Positions 1-9,224 of a DNA stretch of 64,000 nucleotides are shown here, piece by piece. The translations under genes were made by a program, and so were the position numbers. The stretch comes from Candidatus Syntropharchaeum sp. (GTDB lineage Archaea; Halobacteriota; Syntropharchaeia; Syntropharchaeales; Syntropharchaeaceae), in assembly GCA_026134025.1 (NCBI GenBank), contig JAOQII010000005.1, positions 594-64,593 of the forward strand. Reading direction: 5' to 3'. Positions within the stretch are counted from its first letter, which is position 1; the number at the start of each line of letters is the position of its first letter. The notes under the pieces are model-generated. The model was given only the letters and a program-made list of their open reading frames with translations, had not been told where the DNA came from and did no database searches.

Positions 1-917
1 TTCACGCCCTTTGTCACAAGCATATTTGCGAGATAGTTCTCGTAGTGAGCCCCTTTCTTACCGGATTTGAACGACATCGCTGCAACCGCTGGCACACCCA
101 TCACAGGATATGATAACTCTGGAATTCCTGCCTTAACGCATGCACGACGGAGGAGCGATATATTACTCAACATATCTGTTATCGATTCTGCCTCAACAAA
201 TGTACCTGGATCCAGTATCAGATCGGTAACACCTTCTCTCGCGAATGTTGCAGCGATCGATCCGAGCATCTCAAGATCATTTGGCGCAAATACTGCTACA
301 GCGGTCTCAAACTCCTTTGCGATCTCAAGTACCTTCTCCCAGTTATCCTTCGTTGCAGCATAGAGGAGTGGTTTCTTACCCTTCAATACCTTTGCACCAG
401 CCTTCAGGACCTTGGGATCGAGCGAGCAGAGAATCACAGGTAGATCTGTCGTGTCTGCAACCTTTTTGACCGCGTTCTTGAACTTGATTGGATCACCTGA
501 TACAGATCTGACAGCGATCGCATCCACATAGAACGTATCCTTGAACCTGATGAAGTTCATATTCGCGATCTCATTTATGCGTTCAACAAGCCGATCATCA
601 CTCATCGTATCCCAGACATCATAAGCGATCACGGTCTTACCAAAGAACGCAAGTTCCTCCCTGTGCATCACCTCTTCACCACCGGTCATAATCGCCTTAT
701 CACCGGAACCGAAGGTGATCTCTGCCATCGGAGGTGCTAAGAGCCTTTTTATCTTCTTGGTTGCCGCTTTCTTGAGCTTTGGACACTTATCAACCGTTGT
801 TGTACGCTCAACGAGCTTCAGTGCAAACTCAAAGCAGGAATCAGCGTCACACTCCCCACAGTCCTCCTGTGGAAGTAGCTTCATAACCTCTGCGGGTGAT
901 TTTACTCTCTCTGCCAT
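1..917 (-). CDS. cdhE: acetyl-CoA decarbonylase/synthase gamma subunit (corrinoid Fe-S protein large subunit), 5' part; the ORF runs off the window start
   Basis: The minus-strand reading frame is open from ATG at 917-915 down to position 1, with no stop in the window. The N-terminus MAERVKSPAEVMKLLPQEDCGECDADSCFEFALKLVERTTTVDKCPKL carries the Cx2Cx4Cx16C 4Fe-4S motif typical of CdhE/AcsC. The ATG lies 3 nt after the cdhD stop. Confidence 0.85.
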   Translation of the reverse strand, partial: MAERVKSPAEVMKLLPQEDCGECDADSCFEFALKLVERTTTVDKCPKLKKAATKKIKRLLAPPMAEITFGSGDKAIMTGGEEVMHREELAFFGKTVIAYDVWDTMSDDRLVERINEIANMNFIRFKDTFYVDAIAVRSVSGDPIKFKNAVKKVADTTDLPVILCSLDPKVLKAGAKVLKGKKPLLYAATKDNWEKVLEIAKEFETAVAVFAPNDLEMLGSIAATFAREGVTDLILDPGTFVEAESITDMLSNISLLRRACVKAGIPELSYPVMGVPAVAAMSFKSGKKGAHYENYLANMLVTKGV

Positions 918-920
918 CTC

Positions 921-2423
921 TCACACCTCCACAATCCAGTTCTCAATCTCTGCTGGATCTGTTTTGACCCCTTCTGGGTTCAAGAGCCGCTTCAATGACC
1001 TGATCCCAGCGGGCGTCATCTGCTCACACTTCTCAACCTCAGTCTCACCTTTGAGAAGTGCCTCTGCCATTGCTTTACATGAGTCGTACCCGCACTTCTT
1101 GCAGTCGTTCATTGGCAGGTGTCGCATAACAGACCTGACATCCTCAAGCTTCGAGATGTAGATCTTATCAAGCAGTGCCTCGGTCATCTCAATCGCCCGT
1201 TGGTCTAACATGACAAGCATGTGTGCCCCTGATACCAGGGCGCTGGCAGCTGTTGCAGACTCGAATGCCATCCCGCGCTCGACCTCAGATCCCCACTCAT
1301 CAAGCGCAAACCAGGTTTCACGGTTGAGCCATGCGTTACAGGGTGCTGTGATCATCGGTGGCTGAAAGTTCTCATCTCCAATTAGGGCTTTGTTATCCAC
1401 GGTATCCATCGTTGTCACAACGAGTTCTGAACCGAATCCAACACAGACCCATCCTGGATCAGTCATGACCTTACTTAGCGGGATCTCCTTACCGGTCAGT
1501 GCGGTCTTATTGAGCCATGCAAGCCCCTGTGCGTTCATCGGCTGATAGCTTATGATCGTATGTCCATACTCCTTTGCAATCTCGTAATACTGTAACACCT
1601 CATCATCAAGCTCAACGCCAACCCATGTCGGGAGCACAAGACTTGTGGAGCAGATAAAGATGTTTTCACCCTTGGCTGCTTTTGCACACGCCTCAATAAC
1701 CTCAACATCCTTTGCCATATTACCGGATCTCAGTACGATCCCAATAGGTACGTCAACAGCCGCTAAAACATCCTTCAAGGTCTGCGCTGCCTCCTCTGCA
1801 GATCTATTCGTGCCTTTTGGGTCTGTTGAGTTGAGATCGAGTTCTATCACCCTGGCACCATAGACATCAACGAGCTTCTTTGCCCATGCCACAGGATCGC
1901 CGACAACATCCCCATACTGCTCCTTCAGAACCTTTGAAAGGCCTGGATCCTCATCAAAGACAAGATGTGCGATAGGAGGTCGGTGTGGCAGATTCCCCTC
2001 AAACCTGTAATACGGAGAGGTATTGTTCCCACCAATCTTGAGCGAGAATGCCCTTGTTCCGCCTTCATCCTTAGTTGCACCGATTGTAACCTCAGCAAAT
2101 TTACCTGGATGAGTTTCAACAGGTGGCGTAAGCTTGAACGCTTCAAGTTTTATTTTTTTTTTGGGGGGGGCTGCCGCCTCTTCGGCAACAGCCGCCGCAG
2201 GAGCAGATACCGCTCCTGATAGAAGTTTTGAGAGAAGTTCGTAAGGAGGTATCACACCTTCAAGTATGATCTCATCAAACTCGAAGTCGACCCCCTTTAT
2301 GCTCTCAACCTTCTTCAACATCTTGTTCAAGCCTGAGACCATATCGAGGACTTCTTTGCCCTCGCCTGAAGGGGTAGCTGCTTCCGCTTCCTCCCCCTTC
2401 TTCTTAAGTTTTACCTTAACCAT
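921..2423 (-). CDS. cdhD: acetyl-CoA decarbonylase/synthase delta subunit carrying an extra C-terminal Cx2Cx4Cx16C Fe-S domain
   Basis: 500-aa ORF. The central TIM-barrel region (IELDLNSTDP...VDVPIGIVLRSGN...CNAWLNRETW) matches the CdhD/AcsD family. The last ~60 aa (HLPMNDCKKCGYDSCKAMAEALLKGETEVEKC...KRLLNPE) are homologous to the CdhE N-terminal Fe-S domain. Confidence 0.8.
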   Translation of the reverse strand: MVKVKLKKKGEEAEAATPSGEGKEVLDMVSGLNKMLKKVESIKGVDFEFDEIILEGVIPPYELLSKLLSGAVSAPAAAVAEEAAAPPKKKIKLEAFKLTPPVETHPGKFAEVTIGATKDEGGTRAFSLKIGGNNTSPYYRFEGNLPHRPPIAHLVFDEDPGLSKVLKEQYGDVVGDPVAWAKKLVDVYGARVIELDLNSTDPKGTNRSAEEAAQTLKDVLAAVDVPIGIVLRSGNMAKDVEVIEACAKAAKGENIFICSTSLVLPTWVGVELDDEVLQYYEIAKEYGHTIISYQPMNAQGLAWLNKTALTGKEIPLSKVMTDPGWVCVGFGSELVVTTMDTVDNKALIGDENFQPPMITAPCNAWLNRETWFALDEWGSEVERGMAFESATAASALVSGAHMLVMLDQRAIEMTEALLDKIYISKLEDVRSVMRHLPMNDCKKCGYDSCKAMAEALLKGETEVEKCEQMTPAGIRSLKRLLNPEGVKTDPAEIENWIVEV

Positions 2424-2432
2424 ACGATCTCC

Positions 2433-2591
2433 TCACTTTTTCAGGACAATTTCATCGATGTGTACCTTTGCACCTTTTATCGTGATCTTTGGCGGTACAC
2501 CAGATGGCACGCCTGTAGCTCCAGCTGGTGCTGCCGCCGGGGCAGCAGCACCCTCCTCTTCTCCTTTCTTCTTCAACTTAAGCTTCACCAT
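2433..2591 (-). CDS. 52-codon micro-ORF that is a tandem copy of the cdhD N-terminus
   Basis: Read by hand because it is below the ORF-track cutoff. It translates to MVKLKLKKKGEEEGAAAPAAAPAGATGVPSGVPPKITIKGAKVHIDEIVLKK. This parallels cdhD residues 1-55 (MVKVKLKKKGEEAEAA...ESIKGVDFEFDEIILEG). It sits 4 nt after the cdhC stop and 9 nt before the cdhD start. Confidence 0.35.
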   Translation of the reverse strand: MVKLKLKKKGEEEGAAAPAAAPAGATGVPSGVPPKITIKGAKVHIDEIVLKK

Positions 2592-2595
2592 TCAT

Positions 2596-4110
2596 TCATT
2601 CCTCCAGGATTCCGTCCTCTATCATCTCCTCAACGAGATCCATGATGTCCTCTTCATCGACACCAAACTCCGCTGCAGCCACCTCTGGATCGAGTTCTCC
2701 ATCCTGTTCCTCGATGAACGCAAGAAGTTCGTCTGCGTTGAGTGGTCTCTTCCAGCCATCTGTGATCTTCTTACCATCGAGCGGTCTTATGACACCGGTC
2801 ACAACAGGATGATCAACTTTCTTCAAGAACTCCCTGAGCTCAGCTATATCCTTGACATCATTCTCGGTTGCGATCTTATCCTTCATCTCATCTGGAATCG
2901 CATCCCCATGTCGCTCCTTGAGGCTTGAGTTCATCCATACAACCCGTCTCCATCCTCCATCAGCCTGCCAGAACTTCGGTGAATGGAGGTACCTCACAGA
3001 TAGACCAAGCAATCCCTCTGTCTGCTGACCGCCACCCGTTCTTGCTGCCATGGTCGAGAACGGTAGCTTGTTCACGGTCGGCTCGTTGTAACCCCGTGCC
3101 ACAAGCCCGAAACCATCTACCTCCGGGATGTAGAAAGAGATCATCTCGAAACAACCGCAGGATGTATGTGTATATCCAAACATTGAATGGATACCATATC
3201 GCGTGTTGATCCCACCTGAGAGCTTTGTTACGGCTTCATTCGCTCCAGACCACTCACCCGTTACAGGATCAAGACACTCTCCTGGATCGAACGGCTGCCA
3301 GTCTCCAGCCTGATCCATTGCATATCCTGCCTTTGCGTCTGCCCAGGAGATTGCACCACAGTTGGCTGGTCTCTGAGGCGTTATAACACATACATGTGAG
3401 GATGCGAAGGACTGACAGAGCGTGCAGGTATACCAGGGCTTTGTATCCTCCTCGGTCATTGCAGCCATCTTTGCGTCCTGCTCCTTCCAGTATGCCACCG
3501 CCTCATCCCATTTCTCCTTCACAAGATCTGGTTCGGTTATTATCGTGATCTGACATCGATCAACGACAGGGATCTCCATCACAAAGAGCCTTGCGATGAT
3601 CTTTGCCCAGTGCTCAAACCTGAACCCTTTCTCTAAAAGTTCCTTGCTCACCCGAATCCAGATCGTCTCTCTCCCATTGAGGTGCATGAGCCCACCAATG
3701 TAGTTTCCCCAGTAGTGGAACCTGGTCGAGAAGGTTCCCTCCATCTCTGGAGGAATCTCCGTCTCATCAGAAGATACCTCTGCGATCATCCCGAATCGGT
3801 GGGCACCTGGTTCGAGTTCATTCATCTCAGGACCGATTATGGTTACCTTTTCATTCTCAAGTTCTGTTCCAGGTGGGTGGATGATGATCCGTTCGAATGC
3901 ATAATCACACTTTGGACCTCCAAACTCAAGCGCGGTATCTGCGGCTCGGATCCGCTCACCCTCATACTGAGGACCAATCTCTGCCGGGATATCATCCCAG
4001 CCGGTTGTCTCTGTCTTCAACTCGACCTTGATGTAGTCGCTGAACTGAATTCCAAAATCTTCTTCTGCAGCTTCCTGTTCTCTTGCAGCTTTATCAAATA
4101 CTCCTGCCAT
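2596..4110 (-). CDS. cdhC: acetyl-CoA decarbonylase/synthase beta subunit (A-cluster acetyl-CoA synthase)
   Basis: 504 aa with the HTSCGCFE A-cluster cysteine motif and an acidic C-terminal tail typical of archaeal CdhC. Confidence 0.9.
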   Translation of the reverse strand: MAGVFDKAAREQEAAEEDFGIQFSDYIKVELKTETTGWDDIPAEIGPQYEGERIRAADTALEFGGPKCDYAFERIIIHPPGTELENEKVTIIGPEMNELEPGAHRFGMIAEVSSDETEIPPEMEGTFSTRFHYWGNYIGGLMHLNGRETIWIRVSKELLEKGFRFEHWAKIIARLFVMEIPVVDRCQITIITEPDLVKEKWDEAVAYWKEQDAKMAAMTEEDTKPWYTCTLCQSFASSHVCVITPQRPANCGAISWADAKAGYAMDQAGDWQPFDPGECLDPVTGEWSGANEAVTKLSGGINTRYGIHSMFGYTHTSCGCFEMISFYIPEVDGFGLVARGYNEPTVNKLPFSTMAARTGGGQQTEGLLGLSVRYLHSPKFWQADGGWRRVVWMNSSLKERHGDAIPDEMKDKIATENDVKDIAELREFLKKVDHPVVTGVIRPLDGKKITDGWKRPLNADELLAFIEEQDGELDPEVAAAEFGVDEEDIMDLVEEMIEDGILEE

Positions 4111-4129
4111 ATTCTAAACCTCCTTAATC

Positions 4130-4645
4130 TTACAGATTCTCCATTAAAATATCCATCTCTTCCTTCCACTTATAATCAGGCATGTAGGGAAACGCCCACG
4201 TCGCGTTTGGGTGTGCCCGTGCACAGAGTGCGAGCGTCTTTATATGTGGTGCGAAGTGCTTCAGTGTTGCAAGACTCTGTGATGCAAGGTAGTACTGGAT
4301 TCCCATCGTGATCACGAGATCGTGTGGCTTTCCGTTTAACCCATACTCGGGATTCTGAAGCTTGTTTACAATCTCAACCGCGCCCATCATCGATATATCA
4401 AGATCCTCAGGATATTCCTTTGATGAGCCTGCTGATGCAACCGTGGGAATGCCTTTTTTCGTCATCTCGATCGCATAGTCAATGAGACGCTTTCCCCCAA
4501 GATCCACTTCGCATGCAAGTTTCCCAACGATAAGAAGTGGATTCTTCGCTTCTTTTATCATCCTACCGGCAACCTTACCATCGATCTTACCTGAGATATG
4601 CCCACCGGCCGGACAGTCGCCCAACTTCCATATTGTTGCAGACAT
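4130..4645 (-). CDS. cdhB: acetyl-CoA decarbonylase/synthase epsilon subunit
   Basis: 171 aa, the usual CdhB size, placed between cdhA and cdhC as in archaeal cdh operons. Confidence 0.8.
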   Translation of the reverse strand: MSATIWKLGDCPAGGHISGKIDGKVAGRMIKEAKNPLLIVGKLACEVDLGGKRLIDYAIEMTKKGIPTVASAGSSKEYPEDLDISMMGAVEIVNKLQNPEYGLNGKPHDLVITMGIQYYLASQSLATLKHFAPHIKTLALCARAHPNATWAFPYMPDYKWKEEMDILMENL

Positions 4646-4661
4646 CTTATAACCTCCTTCC

Positions 4662-7079
4662 TTATACCGTATACCATTTCTTACCCTGCTTGAGGGCTTC
4701 GTATGTCCAGAGATCCTTTGGATCTAAGAGCGTCGGTGATTTGATCGGTCGTTTCGATTCCCAGCCTGCGGCATCAAGAATCTCCATGATCTCATCCTTT
4801 GCAGCATATGGTATATCAACTTCGCTCCTTACATAGTACGGTAGATCCTCAGGCATTCTACCATAGTACTTCTTGTGCATATCGATGTAGTTTGTGAGCT
4901 TGAGCTGCCGCCCCTCTGGTAAGTCGTTGTTGCGGAAGCAGAGCTTGGCGCACATTACAAGCGCCTCCTCTTTTGATTCTGCGACATAGATCATATGCTC
5001 TGGTACGGGACCGAGGTTGTGCACACTCCCGTCCTTGATGTCTCGCACATTGAACGTCTCAAGATCCTCTTTATTCCCAAGATATTGGTGCCTGTACTTT
5101 GAAGAATGAGGACCAAGCACCGCAGGAACGCCCAGCCTGTGGAATGACATACCGATCGAGAACGCCTTTTGCGAGTATGCACCCCAGACGAGTCCACATG
5201 CACCCACGTAGTTATGCACGTAATCTGCGATCTCCTGGAAGTTACCGCTCAAGATCCGCCTTGCAAAGACATTTGCCACCCGTATACCTGCATCTGAGAT
5301 ATGTGGGTTCGAGACGCATGATCCTACATTACAGAGCCCTCTTGCAACAAACGCTCCAGGAAACTTCTCATACAAAGTTTTGCCCTCAGCATCTTTGTAC
5401 CATCCGACTGACATCGTACCGCATCCAGATACTGCAACAATGAAGTTTCGCATGAGAAGCTCTTCTGCCATCTCATAGACCTCTCGATGCTCGTTCGGGT
5501 AGTTGGAACACCCTATAAGTCCGATAGCACCAGGGATTGTTCCAAGCCCCCACGTATCTGCGACCTTCCTGATCTCAACATCCGTGATCGGCCCTCTTCC
5601 AACCCTGCAGACCGACTTGTGTTCTCTGAACGCTTTCTCAGAAGCCTTGCTGATGAGGCTTATAATCGGAATAAACCGTTTACACTCCTGCTCGCACTTT
5701 CCACACCCAACACACGAGTCATCGAGTGCTGCAAGCTTTGAGAAATCACCCTCTATCGCTGCGTACATCGCATCAGAGATCGGGAGTGAATTTCCACATG
5801 CCTTTGTACACGCACCACAGTGCCAGCACTGCTTTGCATAAGCGATGATCTCATCCTCAGATGGCGTGATCTTGAATTTCTGCCTCTTTGGCGCGACGCC
5901 AAGTGCAACCCTGACGGCAACCTCTCCTGCCATCTCACGGTTTAGGATCAGGACACCTGTCTCTTTGCCTGAGACAAGATCATTCACGACCTCATCGATG
6001 TCATCGCCAGATCTATCAGGCAGTCCATGCATCGCTTTCGTGTTTGTTGCGATAAACGGTGCCTTCACGCTACGCGCAATCTCATGCATATCAACCCTTA
6101 TACATTGCTCATCCACGACAACAACATCTGCAAAACCAGATCGTACATACCTTATCTGCATCGACTGGGGTCCAACGATCTTCGCCTTCTGGGTATATCG
6201 GGTCAGGTCGATCGCCGTACAGCAGATTCCGCCGATCTCAACCGCATCTTCAAGGTCATGCTCTCGCATATAATCGACCATCGCGATCGATGGGAGGACA
6301 TTATGCCCTATACAGAGAATCGTTGGCTTTGTCTGATCGAGCACTCCCATACCAATCTCAACAAGCGGTGCGTTTGGATCTCCTCTCGGCATATCAAGGG
6401 CGCAGATCTGTGCGATATCCGCGGTAGCCATTGAAACCGAGTCGAGCATCCCGGCATGGTACGCCTTTGACTCATAATCGAGATAGCTTCCCTCCTGACC
6501 CATGTGGATAGCTGCAACAAGCCCGGGAACCTGGCTCTCGACATACTCGATCACCTCAACAAGATCGCTGAGCTTCTTTGGTGCGATACCTGTCACAACC
6601 CTGATGATCGGGGATTCAACCGGGGTCATCTCACCAAAGTCAATCGGAACATCCGGTCCTTTCAGCTCTATAAGCTCCTCCACAAGTTCTTTTGCATGGC
6701 TAAGGTGTGTGTTCATCCCTGTAAACGCTGTTAAAAGTGACCATCTACCCTGCTGTGTCTTCATATCGATCCCACATGCACCCCGCTTGTTTCCTGTGAG
6801 ATCACATTTACCCAGCGTACACAGACAGCAGATATCACATGTCGGTGAGTACATCGGTGGATACCGCTTCAAGAGCTTCATATCCCAGTCTCTAAGGTCT
6901 TCCATGTTCGGCTTTGGCGTTGGACCCATCGGCTCTATCATTTCATCGATCTCCGAAGGCTTTGTGACCTTCCCTATCGATAACTCGAGTCCATCGAGCC
7001 TGAAAGAGCCTGTCCTAAACTTCTTGAGTTTTGCATTCAGGACTTCTTCATCATTTGCAACCAAATAAACCTCCTCCAT
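4662..7079 (-). CDS. cdhA: acetyl-CoA decarbonylase/synthase alpha subunit (Ni-CODH catalytic subunit)
   Basis: 805 aa with many Cys clusters (CDICCLC, CxxCxxC ferredoxin-like inserts) and the archaeal CdhA size. It is the first gene of a cdhABCDE string. Confidence 0.9.
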   Translation of the reverse strand: MEEVYLVANDEEVLNAKLKKFRTGSFRLDGLELSIGKVTKPSEIDEMIEPMGPTPKPNMEDLRDWDMKLLKRYPPMYSPTCDICCLCTLGKCDLTGNKRGACGIDMKTQQGRWSLLTAFTGMNTHLSHAKELVEELIELKGPDVPIDFGEMTPVESPIIRVVTGIAPKKLSDLVEVIEYVESQVPGLVAAIHMGQEGSYLDYESKAYHAGMLDSVSMATADIAQICALDMPRGDPNAPLVEIGMGVLDQTKPTILCIGHNVLPSIAMVDYMREHDLEDAVEIGGICCTAIDLTRYTQKAKIVGPQSMQIRYVRSGFADVVVVDEQCIRVDMHEIARSVKAPFIATNTKAMHGLPDRSGDDIDEVVNDLVSGKETGVLILNREMAGEVAVRVALGVAPKRQKFKITPSEDEIIAYAKQCWHCGACTKACGNSLPISDAMYAAIEGDFSKLAALDDSCVGCGKCEQECKRFIPIISLISKASEKAFREHKSVCRVGRGPITDVEIRKVADTWGLGTIPGAIGLIGCSNYPNEHREVYEMAEELLMRNFIVAVSGCGTMSVGWYKDAEGKTLYEKFPGAFVARGLCNVGSCVSNPHISDAGIRVANVFARRILSGNFQEIADYVHNYVGACGLVWGAYSQKAFSIGMSFHRLGVPAVLGPHSSKYRHQYLGNKEDLETFNVRDIKDGSVHNLGPVPEHMIYVAESKEEALVMCAKLCFRNNDLPEGRQLKLTNYIDMHKKYYGRMPEDLPYYVRSEVDIPYAAKDEIMEILDAAGWESKRPIKSPTLLDPKDLWTYEALKQGKKWYTV

Positions 7080-7121
7080 TCGTTCATCAATTTTATCTAT
7101 CTTTAGTTACGAATTACCTCC

Positions 7122-7140
7122 AATATACGTATATATACCT
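7122..7140 (-). promoter_or_regulatory. putative TATA box and promoter of the cdhABC-(ORF)-DE operon
   Basis: On the minus strand, TATATATACGTATAT lies about 45-60 nt upstream of the cdhA ATG (7079) in an AT-rich intergenic region. Confidence 0.35.
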
Positions 7141-7148
7141 TTTTTGGT

Positions 7149-7445
7149 TTGAATCGAAGGGTGCAGCATCCCAAAAATAACCTCACACTCCAAGAGGATC
7201 GCCGTGTGAGAAAGCTAACGAAGAGGGAGATACTGAGAATAGTCAAACGAACCCATCAGATAATCAGAGAGTTCAGAGAAACAGGCAAAAGTCCCTTCCT
7301 CAAGAAACCGGGAAGAAAACCCAGAGAGGAACTTGCGGCAAGGATAAAGCATCCTCAAATTAATGGGAAGAGAAAGTGGTTCGCTGGGAGGTTGAGAGGA
7401 GGGCTGAGAAATCTATTGGAGAGAACGTGTAGATATAAGGATGCT
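7149..7445 (+). pseudogene. truncated N-terminal (HTH) fragment of an rve-type transposase, related to the IS at 13.3-14.4 kb
   Basis: QIIREFRETGKSPFLKKPGRKPRE aligns with QQIAKEYRETGKIPSPGKPGPKPKP of the transposase at 13400-14332. No DDE integrase core follows, and the rest of the tracked ORF runs antisense into the HEAT-repeat gene. Confidence 0.45.
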
Positions 7446-7465
7446 ACAACCACAAAAATGCTTGT

Positions 7466-8413
7466 TTACTCATTTGCCTTCCTGATATTCAGGAGTGCAT
7501 CCTGTGCAAGCCCTACTAATATAAGATCATCCTCACTGATGACGGATCTTATCATTGGCTCTGCCTGATCCAGATACGTCGGGTGCATAATCGTCATCTC
7601 ACCCAGTGAACGGAGCGCCATTCGTCTAACCAGCAAATTTCTCTCATTTGAGACCGCGTCCATCAACCGATTGAAGGCTCGATCATCACTCATCCTGCTC
7701 AAAGCGAAGGCTGCCCACTGACGAACGTTTGCATCCTCTTCAAGGTTATCCATCATCTCCAGAAGCGGCTCAAGGGCCCTCAGATCGCCAAGTTCTCCAA
7801 GGAAAAAAGCCGAGACGAAGCGCACATCAGGATATTCATCATCCAGTCGATTAAGGAAAATGTCAAGATCTACACTTTCTCCATTCGCTGCAATGAGCTT
7901 CCGAAGTGCCCCAAATATGCTGATTCTTGCACCTCGCCAGTCATCCCTCATCGCATCAAGAAGGGGTTCAATCGCGCGATCGTCACCCACAAATTCGAGT
8001 GATTGTGCAGCAATTGCCCTGACCTCCTGGTTTTCATCTTCAAGTGCGGCTATAAGCTCTGGAACCATATCTCCGGCTAATTCACACGTTCCAGCGAGGT
8101 ACGTAGACCAGAACCGCACCCATCCATTTTCATCGCGCATCCCTGACCTGATAAGATCGACATTTGAGCCATCAAGAAGAACCTCAAGTGACTCTGCCGC
8201 TCTCCAGCGCACACTGTCATCCTCATCTCTTAAAAGCTCAAATAGCGGTTTAATCGCACTTTTATCCCCCTTTGAACCGAGTGATTCTGCGGCAGCGACT
8301 CTAAGAATGCAGTTCTTGGCAGAAAGTGCTTCAATTAACCGTTCACTTTCCCAACCTGGATCTGGTTTCTCACATATAGCACCAGCTTTCTTTTTCTTGC
8401 TACCACTTACCAA
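7466..8413 (-). CDS. HEAT/PBS-lyase repeat protein
   Basis: Repeated ...DVRWRAAESLG... / ...EVRAIAAQSL... / ...NVRQWAAFALS... units are typical of PBS-lyase HEAT-like repeats. Confidence 0.7.
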   Translation of the reverse strand: MVSGSKKKKAGAICEKPDPGWESERLIEALSAKNCILRVAAAESLGSKGDKSAIKPLFELLRDEDDSVRWRAAESLEVLLDGSNVDLIRSGMRDENGWVRFWSTYLAGTCELAGDMVPELIAALEDENQEVRAIAAQSLEFVGDDRAIEPLLDAMRDDWRGARISIFGALRKLIAANGESVDLDIFLNRLDDEYPDVRFVSAFFLGELGDLRALEPLLEMMDNLEEDANVRQWAAFALSRMSDDRAFNRLMDAVSNERNLLVRRMALRSLGEMTIMHPTYLDQAEPMIRSVISEDDLILVGLAQDALLNIRKANE

Positions 8414-9215
8414 GTTTATCCCTCTTCGACCGCTGGTAGAGTATCACGAGAACCGCGATGATGATCAGTGCAAGAACACCATAGATCACGTATTTTTTTG
8501 TGCGTGCACCTGATTCAAGTTTTTCCACCTTCTCATACGCCATGTTGGCATAGTATGTGGCGTTATGAGCGGCATCAATCGATGCATTGAGGTCTTCTGG
8601 ATAGTAATCATTTGCATCGGTCAGGTATCGTTCTGCCATCTTCAGATCGTCCTCTGCATCCGAGGTATCCATCGTTGAGTTCTGGATCGCCTGCTTTGCG
8701 CGTTCGATCGCTTTTTTCGACTCATCGATGACGTTTACAACCTTTTGTATCTCGCTGCTTGTGACTGTCCGTTTCTCAACCAGAACCGTATAGTCGTTTG
8801 TCGTTGTGTTCTCATCTATCCTTGCGATCAGGATCTCTTTTTGAAACTCGATATTTGGTGCTTTTCCTGTAAGTCCTATCACCACAGTCTCTGCTGAGTG
8901 GTTAATTAAAAGTGGTTCTCCCTCATTATAGGCAACAGGCACTCCATCTACGGTAACACTCCACTGCGGTGCGTCAAGCTCCGAGTAGCAGAAGAATTTT
9001 GATTCATTGATCTCCTTGCTGAAATTTGTGAGCGTGATCGTTGCCCAGACATTCTCTCCAAACTGGATCACACCCTCTGGTCTCATTTCGTATGAGACAT
9101 CAACAAACCTTGACTGAGGGTAAGGATCTTCGAGTGCGAGTGCTGGTGCGATCATGACCGAGACGATGATCAAACTCAATACTCCTCTGCTTATCTTATC
9201 TATATTCATCCACAT
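8400..9215 (-). CDS. secreted or membrane-anchored hypothetical protein (N-terminal signal/TM, C-terminal TM anchor)
   Basis: Hydrophobic N-terminus VLSLIIVSVMIAPALA and C-terminal helix YVIYGVLALIIIAVLVILY followed by basic residues. No recognisable domain. Confidence 0.45.
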   Translation of the reverse strand: MWMNIDKISRGVLSLIIVSVMIAPALALEDPYPQSRFVDVSYEMRPEGVIQFGENVWATITLTNFSKEINESKFFCYSELDAPQWSVTVDGVPVAYNEGEPLLINHSAETVVIGLTGKAPNIEFQKEILIARIDENTTTNDYTVLVEKRTVTSSEIQKVVNVIDESKKAIERAKQAIQNSTMDTSDAEDDLKMAERYLTDANDYYPEDLNASIDAAHNATYYANMAYEKVEKLESGARTKKYVIYGVLALIIIAVLVILYQRSKRDKLGKW

Positions 9216-9224
9216 CCCCTTCTA

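Noticed and set aside
67-1161. Plus-strand ORFs 67..363, 245..469 and 715..1161
   Set aside because: They lie antisense to the well-supported cdhE and cdhD reading frames. They are low-complexity Ser/Ala-rich shadow ORFs with no family resemblance.
7446-7568. 3' part of tracked ORF 7149..7568
   Set aside because: Only the first ~290 nt resembles a transposase N-terminus. The remainder is antisense to the HEAT-repeat gene and is read-through.
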